Positions 1-15,100 of a stretch of DNA of 64,000 bases are shown here, in pieces. A program made the translations under genes and the position numbers. Source of the stretch: Phoronis australis. Taxonomy: Eukaryota > Animalia > Phoronida. The notes below the pieces were generated by a model. That model did not search any database. It had not been told where the DNA came from and saw only the letters and a program-made list of their open reading frames with translations. Every line of letters starts with the position of its first letter. The stretch's first letter is position 1. Location of the stretch: NCBI GenBank assembly GCA_002633005.1, contig NMRA01000455.1, positions 110,652 to 174,651 on the forward strand. The letters run 5' to 3'.

Positions 1-180
1 GAATGCTCACTTTACTGCCGAAGAAACTCGGCTTGCATCTCGGCTTACTTCGAAGACGATACAAAAACATGTTATTTTTCTCGCGAGACCTACCACGAGA
101 TGGACTCACCAGGAAAAGATGGAAAACCGGGAGAAAATGTTGGAAAGATTCAAAGAATCGGAGTCTTTAAATCGGATGAG
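1..180 (+). CDS. Exon: C-terminal part of a PAN/Apple domain
   Basis: Frame 1 reads ECSLYCRRNSACISAYFEDDTKTCYFSRETYHEMDSPGKDGKPGENVGKIQRIGVFKSDE. The C-x3-C-x5-C-x-S-x2-F...C spacing is PAN-like. Donor GAG|GTAAAT at 181, phase 0. Confidence 0.75.
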
Positions 181-3100
181 GTAAATTTGCTATTTTGCTT
201 GAACCATCTGTGGCAAAGAAATTTGTTTCATGTGTTTCTATACACATTTTAATGTTTCAAAAGTGCCTTTGGTAAGGAATCAGATGATAGAATATTGAAA
301 AAGTTATGTAACCGTTTATGAAAGAAAATCAAAAGGAATATCATTATAAAAAGTTTGCAAATAACATCCGAAATTTTGCAATAAATTGGTCACACAATGC
401 GGTTTCACGTACTGTGCCAGTTCACGTTTGAGAAATTTCTGATATAAATGTCGCTGCGCAGTTAGTTTGATTCAAAAAGTAAACTGCAAAAAATTTCCCA
501 TTGAATTAGCGTAAAAGAACACTTTTTGTTAAAAAGTGCTACCGCTCCCTAGTAGGCTTGTCATTTAAAATGTTAGCTTCTGATTGCACCACCAACAATA
601 TTATTTACCTTATAAAAAATGTTTTATCCAATACGTAGGACAAACTCAACATAATCTACAACTCGGTTTCGTAATCATAGATTTAACATAATACATAAAA
701 ACATTTCTGATACTATAGGTAATCATTTCTATTCCAAAAACCATACAAATAATAGAAAAACTCCAACACCCCAGTACCCCTCACAGACTCAAAAGAGAAC
801 GATATTGGATAGACAAGCTCAATACAATAGAACCTCATGGATTGAACATAAAAACTTCTTAAAATTTGTCATTGAACTTTTTACGCAAAAATGTATCATA
901 TTCATTACACCATATCTTATATGTCAATTGTCATATAGTGTTTGATTTCACTTTATTTCTGTTTCTGTTGACAAAAGAAGTTATTACATCCGAAAATTTC
1001 AGTTGATCCGTTCTTGTTGTTTTATTTACCTATTTATATTCTTAGTTTCCAAGCAATACAATACGATTGAAAAACATTTTCGGCACCTGAGCTTCAACTC
1101 TGGCGTTCGAGTCATGTGCCAATGTTTTTTGTTTGACTAGATTTTTCATTGATAAAATAGATCTGATGAAACTAAACGGTTTTGAGTATTTCAATAAATT
1201 GTTGTTACCGTGATCTAGCTACTATGTGCCATCAAAACTTATGCTTTGAAAAGCGAATGCATTATGGACCATTTCGTTAAATATGTTGTCAGTTTCATAA
1301 GTTTGCAAAAACTCAGGTTGTGTAAGAAAAGTGTAGGTATTGTGAGCGAAACTGAATAAAAAATAATAAAATTCAAATTAAACCATTCACCTGTACAACT
1401 ATCCTTTATAATTACATTTGGACTGCATTCCATACGTCTTCTAATGTGTTAATGACGTCAATATCAATTACATCATGCATGTCACGAGTTTGCAAGTAAG
1501 TGTTTGTTGTAACAATCGATCAGTGATTAGGCTACAAGGGCATCACTTGACAATCTTTGTAAAGGATTTCCTTAATTAGTGTAATGAACCGGTAACCTAC
1601 TGTCCAGACATTTCTTTCTGCTTAGTGTTGCCTGAAGAGCAACTGTTTGCCCGAATCTATCTTAACGTGCATGCAATTTTTGTTATTTATCGTAGTGACG
1701 TGTATGCATTGTAGAACACCATACAAAAACAAGTCAACTAAACTTTTCACGCAACATCGCCAGCCTCTCTTGGGATTACAAGTCACGGTTAAACACAATA
1801 TAGGCAAGTCCTGAGACAATCTAGTGTCCTTATCAAAAACCTCACAAGAGTTTCCGGATAACTTGGAAACAAGTCTGAAAGAGAACATTTACTTGGAAAC
1901 TTCGTTCTTAAACTATTATACCTGGTGCATACGAAAATAAAATGCATTTCGTCTTCAATTAAATTTGTGTTAGATTCTTTACATAACCCTTCATGTAATG
2001 AAGTTGTCGAAAACCTCTCTTAATTTCACCGCTGATGACGGAATTCATATTCCTATAATTTAATTAGCACTTTCATCTCAAAATCCCAGCAATTTTGCTA
2101 GATATTTTAAGGCTTTTTGTGAGGGGATCATCCAGGAACTTCCGTCTAGTAACGGACGTCTAGACTGTAGCAACAGTAGCGGTTAGGCGACATGGGTGAA
2201 TGTTCTCGTTGGTTTTACATATAGTTTATGATCAGTGCCCAAACTGTGTTTCATAGGGATGTGTTTCAATGGTATGCTAGCTGAACAGAGAAAGACTATG
2301 TTTGGTTTTTAATTTCCCAAAACCGATCGAAAATGGCGAAACTTCAGAGACCAGAGCCATGTTGCTGCCGAAGATGATCGCTGCTGGGTAAAGAAGGGCT
2401 AGCTGTAATTATAAAAATAAGACATGATTTCTCACGAAATCCAAGGTCTTTGTATGTCCGTCACGTACAAACTTACAAAAACAGTGAGAGATAATGAGAT
2501 CACGTAAAATTTTTCGGACTTCTTGCCCCCCCCCCCCNCCCCCTCGGACTGGAACACATGAAGTTCTTGTAGTACAATACTAGCCACATTATCAATTGGA
2601 AGTAGGTGAATAGTTTTAACTTGTTAAAGCAGCGAAAACTTCAAAAATGCAATTGTCATTACTTTTAAGACGGTTTTGTATGTTTTGAGATTGTGGTTTG
2701 ACTTGTAATTTTGATTTATTTAATTATTTTGAGCAAGTTATTCATGCGTGTATACTATATTATTAATTGTAATACATAGTTATCAAATAAAATAATTAAA
2801 TAAAAGCGCATGGTATTATAAAATATGTTAAATAAAAGCATCGGAGTAGTACTTTCGTTTAAGTTTTAAAGAAATCAAAAGATGGTTGCTGGTGGACATG
2901 TATGGAATTTTAAAAATATGATATTGGTGAAGCGTTACAAAATTAACGAGCGCTAACTGGTGAATCATACCAACCAAACGCTGTACCTAATTCAAATAAT
3001 TTAGTGTATCATCCGTGCTGTAGCATGAACGTGTTCGTGTTGTATCTTGTCTTACTCATTTAGCTCTATGAATAAACAAAAACGATCAGCAATATTTAAT

Positions 3101-6100
3101 AACATTAAAATACTGGTCGAATTTGGCTACTTGAAGGCCGTCATTGTTTTTCGTGCGGGCTGTGACGAAATAGGTCTCTATTAAATGATACCAAATGTCG
3201 TTTTACGAAACATCGTTGAATACAATGAATAAAAAACTGCAGCTCAGCTAAGAATTTTCGTAACCAAGTGTCAGGTTATCAATGTCTTTTTATGTACTTA
3301 CACGAAGTGCTTAAAACCTTCACTGCAGTGTCAAAAATAAAAACACTTGCAGTCGGTGAAAAGGTCCGAGTTATACGTCTCGACTGGTTGGCATTTTCGC
3401 TACATTTGCAGTTGCACGGTAAACCACAGGCATAAGTTTCAACTGCCCCCTATCGCATTTTATGAAAATCACAATTACCAACTTGATTTTGGACGCACGC
3501 GGGTATACAGTGTAGTTCTCACGAAACTACTGTTTCAAGAAATGCATGTATCAAACAATTGAAACTACATAAACATTTACGTGTAGTAATTTCATAGGCG
3601 GATCTAAGACGTGGCAAGGTGGTCACATAACAATTTTAGTCGAAGGCGAAATGTTAGCGAAACACCTATGAAGACGGCACTGGTTGCTTTTGTTCCGAAA
3701 CGAATCCAGGTGGGGACTCCCTACAAATTTAACAAAAATGTTGCAGATTATCTATCGGTATTGCCTGCCATCCAGAACACTCTGTGTATTTTCGTAGCCT
3801 CAAATATCCCGCGGCAGTCTTTCATATCTACGCAAGCATTCACAACAGTAAGTCGTGGGACTATGGAAATAGAAATAACATCGAATGCACGGGAATACCA
3901 GGCTGACATGGTAATGGGCTTAAGTAAGAGTTAACGCCACATCTGCGTCTAGTTAAACACCGCTAGCGTGTCGCTAAAAGCCAAGATCTCGCGAGATTCT
4001 TCGAGATATTGCCGTGTATTGTCAAAGAGAACAAGAGATTTTGGCCAATAAAAATAAAACACTTATAGCATTAAGCTCACAGGTCAAATACACACATATC
4101 AACTAATTTTAATTGAGATGTTCTTTTATTTAAAATGGTGGATTGATCCAAGATACAGTACAAGGAGACACGGTATTTTCTTTAGTAATTTCCAAGGCAC
4201 ATTTGTTAATAGGTAGCCATTCCCTTTCAGGCTAATAATAACAATGTGGACTCGAGCACCGAATGTACAAACACCATTTGCGGAGACGGACCTCATGCCT
4301 GCATGAAAGATTGTACCAATAACGTAGGAGTTTGCGTGGGTAAGCCAAAACTCTTTACAACTTGTATTCAATTCTTTGCACGGTTCTACATGAAACCCTG
4401 TATACATGTATTCCAATGGACAAAATTTTTGATCGTACGCACCAGTCGCTACCGACGCTACGGGCTGAGAAGTCACTATTCACTATTGGGGAACCTGGCG
4501 TGCGTTCAGTAACGTATTACCTACGCTAGGACCTAGCTAAAATCTAACTAAAGTCACGTGCTCTGAATTAAAGTACACGGCAATATTTCACGTACTCGCA
4601 AAGTCTTGCTATTTAGCGAGGTCCTAGCGTTACTGAACAGGAGGCGGATGTTAGTCACAATTTTACTTTCGACAAGTAAGTCACCTGCCTGCATGCCCAC
4701 TGCCCAGAAAATGGTACATCTTTTTGGAATTCCATGTTAATATATCGAAGATGCAAATTTGTAGTGTGTAGTGGAGCTCGAGTACTAGTTCATTCTAGTT
4801 ATGGGAGACTGAACTTTGCAAAACCTTGTTGCAATGTTATAAACCATCTGTGTCTTGAAATAGCACAACACCATTCTCATTCTAAGTCATTTAATTACAA
4901 CGAAGCACTCGTTATGCATGTATTTCTTCAGTCACATGTGAATGAGAGTCACTATATCGTATCCTAATCATTAAGTAATTTATCTTTGTAATGCAGACAA
5001 ACTTATTGCATTTTGAATTGAAACCAATAAAAATGGCAATTGGTAAATATTAAGTGCCAGATGTGTAACGTATTGTCCTTGCCTTCTTAATCTGACTTTT
5101 TGAAAAGTACGTCAGTTATGCAATGCATTTTTTACCTCCGCGAAAGAAGGAAGTTTAGTCTAGAACACATAATTTGGTTACATTCACTGAGTAGTTTGCA
5201 AGTCAGCCTTTGTGAATTCTACATGTCGATGGTAAATCATTGCAGCGCCACTGGAAGAGTGTGATGAAGTTCCGGTTGCCAACATACGCCATTATTATTA
5301 CTCGAATTTCGCTTCTGGAACTGACGACGGAACGTTAATGGTAAGACGGCCGATTTTACTTGAACCATATTTTGAATGGTATCACATGTGTATTTACCTT
5401 CATAACTTAATTGCCAATTATAATGAACGGTTATGCTTGTAAGGTGTGAACGAGGAATTGCACGAGTTCTCAAAAAAAACACGTTGGCGTTCCAATACGA
5501 ATTAAGCCATTGCTTGTGTCCTGAGGTCAGTGCTGACTGACGTGATATGTGTATCAAAATCCAGGCGGTCTTTTAAGGTTCCAATGGAACAACTTGTTTA
5601 TTGCGAGGAAACGGTTTTTCATTGGTTTCCGATGATATGATATAAAATGGCTAAATCACATACTAAAAAGCATAAAAGTCTGGTGAATCAGACATTTCCG
5701 TTCTCTCTCAAAGGATCGTGTTCACGGACTGGAGTCCCGCGTCAGGTTGACCTGGTTTTAAAATCACTGGGAACTGTAACCCTTGATCCCTGTTCAAACT
5801 GGAGCATCTGGTTCTCATGTAGACGGCCTCCTTGATTCTTTCTTGATTACCAGTGTTCTTCTCTGTCAAGGATTCTTGTGTTGCACTTGTCGACGGTGTG
5901 TCCAGTGTTGAGAGTTTGTTGTCCTACGCCGGCCTGCCGATAGACCCAGAGCAGTGTACGACCTCATTCCAAAACCAGGTCAATCTCGCTGACGCGGGAT
6001 ATCCAGTCAGTGAACCCCTTATTAGCGAGAGGGCGGAAACGCCTGACTCACAAGACTGTTATGCTTTTTAGTAAGTGATTTAGCAATACAATATTACTTG

Positions 6101-9100
6101 TTTAATCAACCATTGCATTTTTAACATATAATTGCAACATTGTTTCAGACCCAGCATTTCAACAAGCAATATCCCTACACTTCGTTGAGAGTGAGTTTCC
6201 GCGGCGTTCTTCGCGCCAATCATAACTGCGGGGGATGTTGCACCCGCTGGTATTTCACATTCAATGATCAAGAGTGTCCTTCACCTGGCAATATAGAGAT
6301 AGTGTGGTATAATGGAAAGGCAAGGGACGATTATCGACCCGGCCAAGGTAAGATCATGACGGCGTTTCGACGGTCAGAGACATTACCAGACTTAGAGGGT
6401 TGTGAGCGTGTGATATAACATCTATGTTCTTTGTTAACTGCCAATCACAGTCTTTGTCTGATATGACAGCAGGCAGGCTAATTATTTACCAGGCTTATTA
6501 CAGATCACGTGTGAACAAAATCAAACCCAGAGCGAGCTGGTACGTTCGGAAAGAATAGATTGTCGTAACCTCGATTTTATTTGGGCGATTTTGGCGATTC
6601 AAAAACTAAACATGATCACTATTTGACGAGTATTTCAGAAATGATATTGGTTTATGTTCAAATATGTTATGACTTAACTTTTATTTTTAGCAGCACAGCC
6701 CAGTCAGGCTATGATACGATCTAGTTGGAGATTAGAGCAATTATCGAACAAAAGAGAGCTGGCTCTCCAACCCTAAACGCCAGAATGGATTTACGAATAT
6801 TACTAACAGTGTATATAGACTAGAGGTCGGTGTAAATAGACCAAGAGATTTTAATAATAGTTGTAACACGCCACCTCCTCAGAGCGGTTTTAGGAAGTCG
6901 TTTTAGGAAGTCAGAATGGAATTAATCAGTCGTGTAAGATATTGGCTACAGGGATCATTTTCCCAACTAACTTGTTGTTGAGCTATAGAATCGAACAAGT
7001 TGGGAGCAACGGGAAAACGCCGTAATGTTCGCGTGCTTCCCCTCATGTACATTCGGAAACACACGATTTGGTGTTCAATCCGAGAGTTGCAAAACGAAGT
7101 GCAAAAATAGATACATACGGAGCACTCAGGAACTTTCGGAGCCTGAAACGCATCCTCGCAGGTTTTTGTATAATTACGCGGTTCCGATCATCTGTTCAAA
7201 TGGTGTATTTCTGGACTTGCTTGGCTAAGTTTAAACCATGTTTTGGCCAGGAATTGATGGTTTTTGTTTGGTATATTCACACAGTGCCCAGTGGCGGATC
7301 TAGGATATCACAAGGGGGGGCCCAACATTTTGTCCGGCTGTAAGCATTTGCGCAAACCAAACCACGATTGTAGATGCGCATAGCACCGAATGGGGGGAGG
7401 TCGGGAGGGGGGTTTGCCCCCCTCCCGCTCAGGAAATTTTTCTGTTTTCACCTCTAAAAATCAAGCATTTTCCTTGATTCCTGAAGTATTTTCCAAGAAA
7501 AAAAGAAAAAAAAAACAAAACACGGAGAACGTGTCAAACAGGAAAAACTGAACGTACCAAAGACTCGAACTCACGACCTGGGGCACAGAGAGCGCGCGCG
7601 TTACCACTACACCACCACGATTAACTACAACACTCATACTAAAAGACCTACTTGTTTATGGTCCACAGCGTTTGCGCGCGAAACCTGCTTCTTTTCGTAA
7701 TGCTTATTACACGTTTTATATTTTGTGCCATCAATTGTTAACAAATTTGTCGTATTTAAATTAGTCTTCAAATGCCCAAAAGACCAAATCCGTTTTTCGT
7801 GTTGGCAATAATGACGGGATTGCTTTGGAAATCGTCTTAAGATAAGGTTTGACAAAGAGAGTATTGCGAGTTTCTGAGTGATTCACTAAGGCTTCGATTA
7901 AAATTCACATCTTATCAGCAGCTTCTGGTATTTCATCGTCACTCAGGTTCCATTCTCTTTAAAAAATGAAGTAAATTTCCTTCATTGCACAGTGGAGCAG
8001 ACGACGAAAACGGAGTCGTAGTGCGCAGCGCCACAGCCGGTCGCCTGGGATATCGCGGGAGAGCCTATACTTAGCCATNACCATTTCCCTACTCTCTTAC
8101 TGTTTTATTTTTTGCTGCAGCCAAGGGGGGGGGGGGCCGGGCCCCCTGGGCCCCCCCCTAAATCCGCCTATGGTGCCTAATACACCGTTGCTTTGTCGGG
8201 CTGAAGGACACTAGTATTAGTTACTATCCGTTCGGAGTCGCATGAGCATCAGTCGTTAAGAAATAAATCCACGGAAGAAATGTACAAGGCGTTTCGGCTG
8301 CATTCGAACAAGATTCACATGTCCTGACACACCCGAGAGATCATTATATAGCATTAACATCGATACTGCTTTGTTATGATTTGGTCGACTCTAATTAAAC
8401 ATCTTTACCTTCTTCGAGGTGCTGACATCGTCTGCTGATGCCTGCGTGCTGGCGCGGCTACCGCCCCACCAAGCGGCACGCAGGGAACCAGCGAACTCTC
8501 CTCATGGTCAGGGTTTGTTATTTCCACAGTGTCTGATTGGTCAGATCCGAAAAGTGTCATCTGAGGTCCGATCAGTACGAGTGAAAATTTAATAACCAAT
8601 GTCAAATCCAAGTATACCAAGTGACAAATGTTTAGTTGGATGTATCATTAATGCACTCGGTGAACAAATTGAAACCAAGTTAGTATGTACACACCACTAC
8701 TGATGTATGATTGTAGCCGGTAATTTATTATTGAATATTCACTTAAAGCTGCATTTCATCTTCTTTAGCAGGCTAAATTGAAAATCGAATTAGGTCTTTT
8801 ACTCTTATATGATCGGTCTGATAATATTTCTGACCGTGACAGGGTTTCCTTTCCGTTACAATCAAGAACGTCGAAACCACCAGCGACTTATCAAAGCGCT
8901 TCAGAGGTCAGAGTGAGGTCAGAGTGAGGTCAGCTAACCTTAAGCTTATTCTAATACGAAACATGTACGCGTTATCTGTGACATGGAGTCGTAACAAAAG
9001 TAGAAATCTATCGCAGCAAGGAATATAAAACGCAAAATCAAATTTTTGAGCAGTTAAACACTTATTAATGCAACTTTTGGTGACGGCTTCGGTGGCATTC

Positions 9101-12100
9101 TCCAAATGATCCTTCACCGTTACAATGTCTGCCCGCTGGGCGCATTTGAAGATAGCCTATCTGCAGAAAACCCCATGCACTCGAGACAATAGATCAATTA
9201 TGGATCGGAAACAGTAATTTCAATCCGATACCCGGTGACTTAGGAATTTTTTTTCCGCAACCCAGCATTCCAAAGTCACCGACCACTCACTTCAAAGGCG
9301 ACTATTTTCTTAGGTACACCCATGCTAAGAAGCATGCGTTCGAAGCAACCGCCTTTCGCTCTTGTATTTTGCGTGGTCTCGCACGATCTTAAATTTCTTA
9401 ACATCCAGATCTAAATATATTTAATACAGTAATATATTTCTACAAATACTGAGCAACATAATGAATGATGCAAATGGTGCAATTTACTAATTAAAAGACA
9501 TAATGAATTCAATGCCTATCACTTATTAGCAAACCGTCCTTATTTATTATACATACCTTATGTAATACCAAACTGAAATTAATAACAATTTAATATTACT
9601 ACCATTTACCGTTGTGAAATTGGTCTTTTTCTCGGAATAGGGGTGATAAATGGGATCCAAACGAATTTCCAGGTTCTACAAGTTGACCAAAAATCACTTC
9701 TGTTCCTAATAAGGAACGACGCCAACATCATAGAGGTTTAGTAATCAATATGGAATTGCAGTCTCCTCGACTGAACGCGTGTTTACTGCCGCTTTAACTT
9801 TTATAACTTTTGAATAAGTTGGATATTTCAGCGAGCCAAAATCTCATAAGAATGAGTGGAAATGGGCGACCTTTCACTAGAAGTATAAAAGTAATTTTGA
9901 TAATACATATGATATGTGTCCCATATATGTATGACCGGATTGTTAATGATTCACACTATTTATTTATTTATTTATTTATTCATTTATTTATTATTGTGAT
10001 ATTTAAAATGAGGGCCTTCATTATATCTAATGTCTGCTAAATTTTACCATGAAGATGCTATTTGGCGTCGCTCAATCAGCGCGTGAAAGAATAAATGTGT
10101 GCACTGTGAAAAAGAAATGAATAAATACATGCCTTATATCTCCAGTTAGCTAATCTTATAGCCTCTCGTCTGATTTCTCATGTTCTTGCACTATATTTGT
10201 ATCCTGTTCATATTTAGAGAACCATATTGATCCATCATTTAGAAAAAGGTTTTTCACTAATAAAATGTCCTTAGGCTTTGATACATACATGTATAGGCGT
10301 AGCTCGAAAGCTTTCATTGGGTAAACTATTTTTATTACAGTTTAGGGCGTTTCTTTAATTTGTCTTGACTGATCAGGAAAGTGTGTAACGACAGAAATTC
10401 AGGATTATTAAATCAACATTTTAACTTATTCCCTCGTCTCTCTGGTTCATGAAAAATAACAATCTACACATACATCCATTTTTCTCGTCGTTAGTTCTCA
10501 AGTATACCAGAAAGACAACTTTCAAAGCCAGGTACTGTAAAGATAACTGGTCCCTGTCATTTCACGTACGGCAATTACCTATATTGGTGTGATTTTAAAG
10601 CATTAGGAACGAAAACATTCACCACGCGACACAAAATGTTCGGTAGTAAGAACGTGTACAATTTATGCCGAAGTTTTGCAAAGTGGAAGCAGTATAGAAC
10701 AAGAACAACAACAATAGCACTTCATTGGAATTTATACAGAATGAAGTAGGAGTTATTGATTTGCCTACAGAATGGTATGCTTACCTCGGTTGTAATTATT
10801 CAAAATACACACTTATCTTCGCAATACGTGCATACTGATAATCGGATGTTGAAAGCCCTCAAAATAAGCTGTCTCGACTAGATCAGTTAGAGATTACATT
10901 TACAACAAAATGACAGCATTTTTGAAATAAGAAATTAAACAGCTAACGGACTAGTCCACTCTCTAGGTCTCTAAATAAGTGAGGCATTGCTATAAGAAAG
11001 CTGAATGTGCTTTAGCTTGGTCGACCAGTCAGAACTATTCATTTTCGAGATGCTTTCCAGCCATTTGTTCGATACAAAGCATTTACAGACACGTGACTGA
11101 TCACTACGCCTTTTTAGTTGAACTATACAACTGTTTAATATATACTGGGGAACCCAATGTTCGTCCGCCTAAGCATAAAACCGACTTGCTGTTGTACTCA
11201 CCGAATTATTCCACTTCAAAGTTATGATCTGAATAGGATTCGATTTAACTCTCACAGATATACCGCATTCATCGATTCGGAAGTTTTCTTTAATTTGTGC
11301 CGAGTTATTTCAAATGTGCACTGCCTTCGGCAGCCATTTTATTGTGACACCTAAGTTCGTCATATGCTGCCCCCTTTTGTAAAAACTGAGAAACATGCAG
11401 AAAAAGGCCAACGAAGTAATGAAAATTGCAACAGCCTGTTTTTATTGACATAAACTCGATTTGAAGCTTTGATGTTGAGCTCTGCACTGTGGTTTCCAAT
11501 AAAAGCCAATTGGACAACATTTCAATGCAGTTTAATGGTGAATGCGTGAGGCAAAAATGTTAAGAACCCAGCGTATCGCATTTGTCTGCGGATTTTTCCT
11601 TTGGCCTTCTAGATCCTACTAGTGCCTGGGACAAACAGATACATTGCATAAACAAACCCTGGATCATGTTTTGTGTCCCGTCGGAAGAAAATTTAAATTC
11701 GAAAACATCTTCTGAAAACGCACAAAAAAGTGTATTAGTAAAATCTACTGATTTTTAAGTGGTTTTAAAAAACAATCGGTAAACTCACCGATTTTTGTCT
11801 CATTACTTTGATACGTGTCTCTTCCGATAAGTTAGTACCTAACGTGCAGACGAGCACTCCAAATTGGAACGCTAAGTCCCGCGTGGTTGCGCTGCACGCG
11901 AAACAAGATGGCGGACGAACTTTGGAGCCTGACGAAAATAGGTAACCGGACTATATGTTAGGACTCTTTTCTCAATTTCAGTTGACGGCATCTGTGAATT
12001 GACAGTGACTGGTAATGTGGTAATCAAGTTCAGAGTGGGCACTTGTTCCGGTTATGGCGTCGCAGATGCCTACACGGGATGGGGAAGTGGTATCGGAGCG

Positions 12101-15100
12101 TCCATGACGGTGCAAGAAAACGATTTAAGGCGGTCGTTTGGTGAGTTTGCGAGGAATGCCTGGTGTTGCAAAACCCAGATATTCATGTAGATGTATGTTG
12201 CAGCGCAAGAGTTGAGAACTCCTGAGGACTTATTTTCGAAAACCTTTGTGGTAGTCCTCTTCCGTTGTGAAAATAATTACGTCATAAATTTGTTTTAAAT
12301 GACTTGTTCATTGTCCCATGCACTCTCGAAGTTCTCGTCAAGGAGTGTCGCAAAACAAAACAACTTTCCAGGCTCTCCTCCACCATGTATAGGAATAAAC
12401 GTGTAAACCAAGGCATGCGCACTGGTGCCTGTCGTTCATCATCATTCCACAGGTTCGTTTTCCCAGGTAAATGTACATGTAGGTGGCGTTGTGGCAGCAG
12501 GTACGAGTACGACACCCTCCACGCGGTTCTTACTCAGATTTTACAACGCTAGTAGTGGTCTTCCATTCGATTTAGTCCTGTTTTCAAATCACACGCAACA
12601 CCTTTGTGTGACATGCTTTTTAAGAACTTCGTGAAGCGGTTCAGGTATTGCTTTTTTCACAGACACCAGCCTGCCAACTTACGGAGGTAATGCAGGTGGT
12701 TCATCGTGCAGGTTCCCGTTCGTTTACAAAGGCAAGTCGTACAACGCGTGTACCGACACGGATCACGGACAGCCGTGGTGCTCGACCACTCCTAATCACG
12801 ATCACGACCGCAGATGGGGTAATTGTCCAGGTGAGGAATCAAACCTTGCAGTGTTTTGGAACTGTGAGTTGCCATTAAATTTGCATCTTTGCATCTGACG
12901 ACCAATTACCAGATCCTTTCCCGAATGCCAGTAACTTTCTCTTTATTTTGTTTGTCGTTAAGTGTTAGTTTACTTTTTCTGGTTAACCACCAAAACCGAT
13001 ACTAATATCGCCGTATTTAGTCCCATGCATCTACTTGTGTGAGCTGTGCTTCATATCTGAAATTAGGCAGATGTGCCTATTGGCAGCAATTTTTGTTCGC
13101 CACGTGGGCGCACACCCTATACCTACTCATATTCTTGTACGATGTCAGAGTTCCAATAGTATATATAGTAATAATTGGGTGCCATTGAGGAAAACAACTG
13201 AAGTACGAGCTAAGATGATATTGAGATGGTGTCTTTATACTTAACACCGGGTGAGTTAACTGCCACCCGCCTACAGACATGATCAAAATACGGAGTCGGT
13301 ATGCCGCTCAGATTTTTGTTGGAAATTTTGATTAGGTACCGACATTCCAGATGCGCTCATGCACTGCCAAGGGAATTTTACATAGCGTACGACAGGATAT
13401 TTAACCGAAGTAAGAGCGTTCATTTAGTCATAAGCACACATGAAAAGCATGAAGTGTATGTTTCCTCCTCTTAGGAAAATGTCCAAAACTGTCAAGGTTC
13501 AACATCAAGCAATATTCGTGGACGGGCTCCAGTGGAACGGACGATGGTGACATTTATGTAAGTTTCCGGGCCGAGCTTTGCCAGTGTAATAAATCGTAAG
13601 CAGACTTAACTTTTCGATGGTTTCTACAAAATTAATGCTCAACCCGTTTACTCGAAATCGATCTCGAAATCTCTTTAATAACTCAAAAGAAGTGTCCATG
13701 ATTCTGTGTTCGAAGTTTTTAGGGTTTACGTGGATGACTTTATAATCCCATTTTGCACGAAGGAATTAAAAGAAACGATAATTTTCCAATTTTGCTCGTC
13801 GCAAGAAGTCGTCCTTTATAGTCACAAGGGAACACTGCAGATGAAGTTAACTGTAAAATCCGAAAGATGACTTAAGACTCCACCTAAAGTCCGGAAACTG
13901 CTTTATCCGAGCATGTGCACTTCAATAATTAATGGCGGTTGCTACAAAAATTATTCCAATTGGTGCCTTTTTACGTGTTACTAGTAAGCGAACATTGATT
14001 GCTAATGTACTGTACTGCACAAGGTCGGTTTTGAAGCCAAGGCATATCCCCGCCACTACAATTAAACCTCATAACCTGTACATATGGTGTCAAATTGACG
14101 AGTGCTTTTATAAGGACTCCATTTCAAACAGAAACGCAAGAAAACTTTACGACTTTGTGGTGTCGCTAGAAGTCACACTATGTTCGCGAGACCGGCTCTA
14201 CCGCAGTTCGGCTCACTAAGCACTGCCAAATTATGTCTCAGGAATCTATGCCACTTTGTGATTCACTCAGAAATAGTTTGCGAAGAAAGAGCCATTTTTT
14301 AACGCAGAGTTTTGAGGAACGTTTTTGAGTTTGACAAAAGTTATGAGTAAGGAGAGCAGCAGCGATAATGGGCAATGATGCTAACTTGAAACTACTTTTG
14401 GTGCACTTAATTACAAGATAATATGTGTTGTCGACTTATCATCATGACCCCATGTGGTAACTTTTGGAAATAAATCTAGGCAGAAAGATAATACATGTAC
14501 ACGTTAAGTGTTGCTTACAACGCGCAAGTAAATGGGCCATAAGCTTCATAACTAAAATCTACGCGCGTACTGATGAACAACTCAAAGGCAAGATTCCGTG
14601 TTACGTGTTTAAGTGACCTGAATAATTCTTGTTTTATACTACATGAAGTTCTTTGGGACGGTGATATTTTCAAGTCTTCCAGGTTTCCGACCCAGTGAGA
14701 TAAATAGCAGTTCTGAAAACAGTAATGTATTTATTCCAGACCTTCTACTACAACAAAAGATCCGCGGACACGGCCATTCGAGTTTTGTTCCAGGCCACCA
14801 TATACCTGTACCAGCATGGCGCCTTGCGTTACTCCATTAGGTTTGACGGCAACGACTGTACAAACCCAGGCTCGATAAATGGAGCATACGCTCACTTGGA
14901 CTCCAATGTTGTCGATGACATTCATGATGGTACAGGGGCAAGTAAGTGGCGCTAGAACCTGTGTTACTGTGCTCGCGCGACTGTTTTCAAACTGTTACTG
15001 AACACCGTAGCTCTTCAGAGAGCCACTACCTCGGCACATTGTTGTACGCCACCTGTCAGAAACCAGTGCTACTCAAATGTGTTGGCTCTTCTTAGGGTTT

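Noticed and set aside
8408-8560. GC-rich minus-strand exon-like segment nested in an intron
   Set aside because: It has AG/GT ends, but I found no recognisable protein or partner exons.
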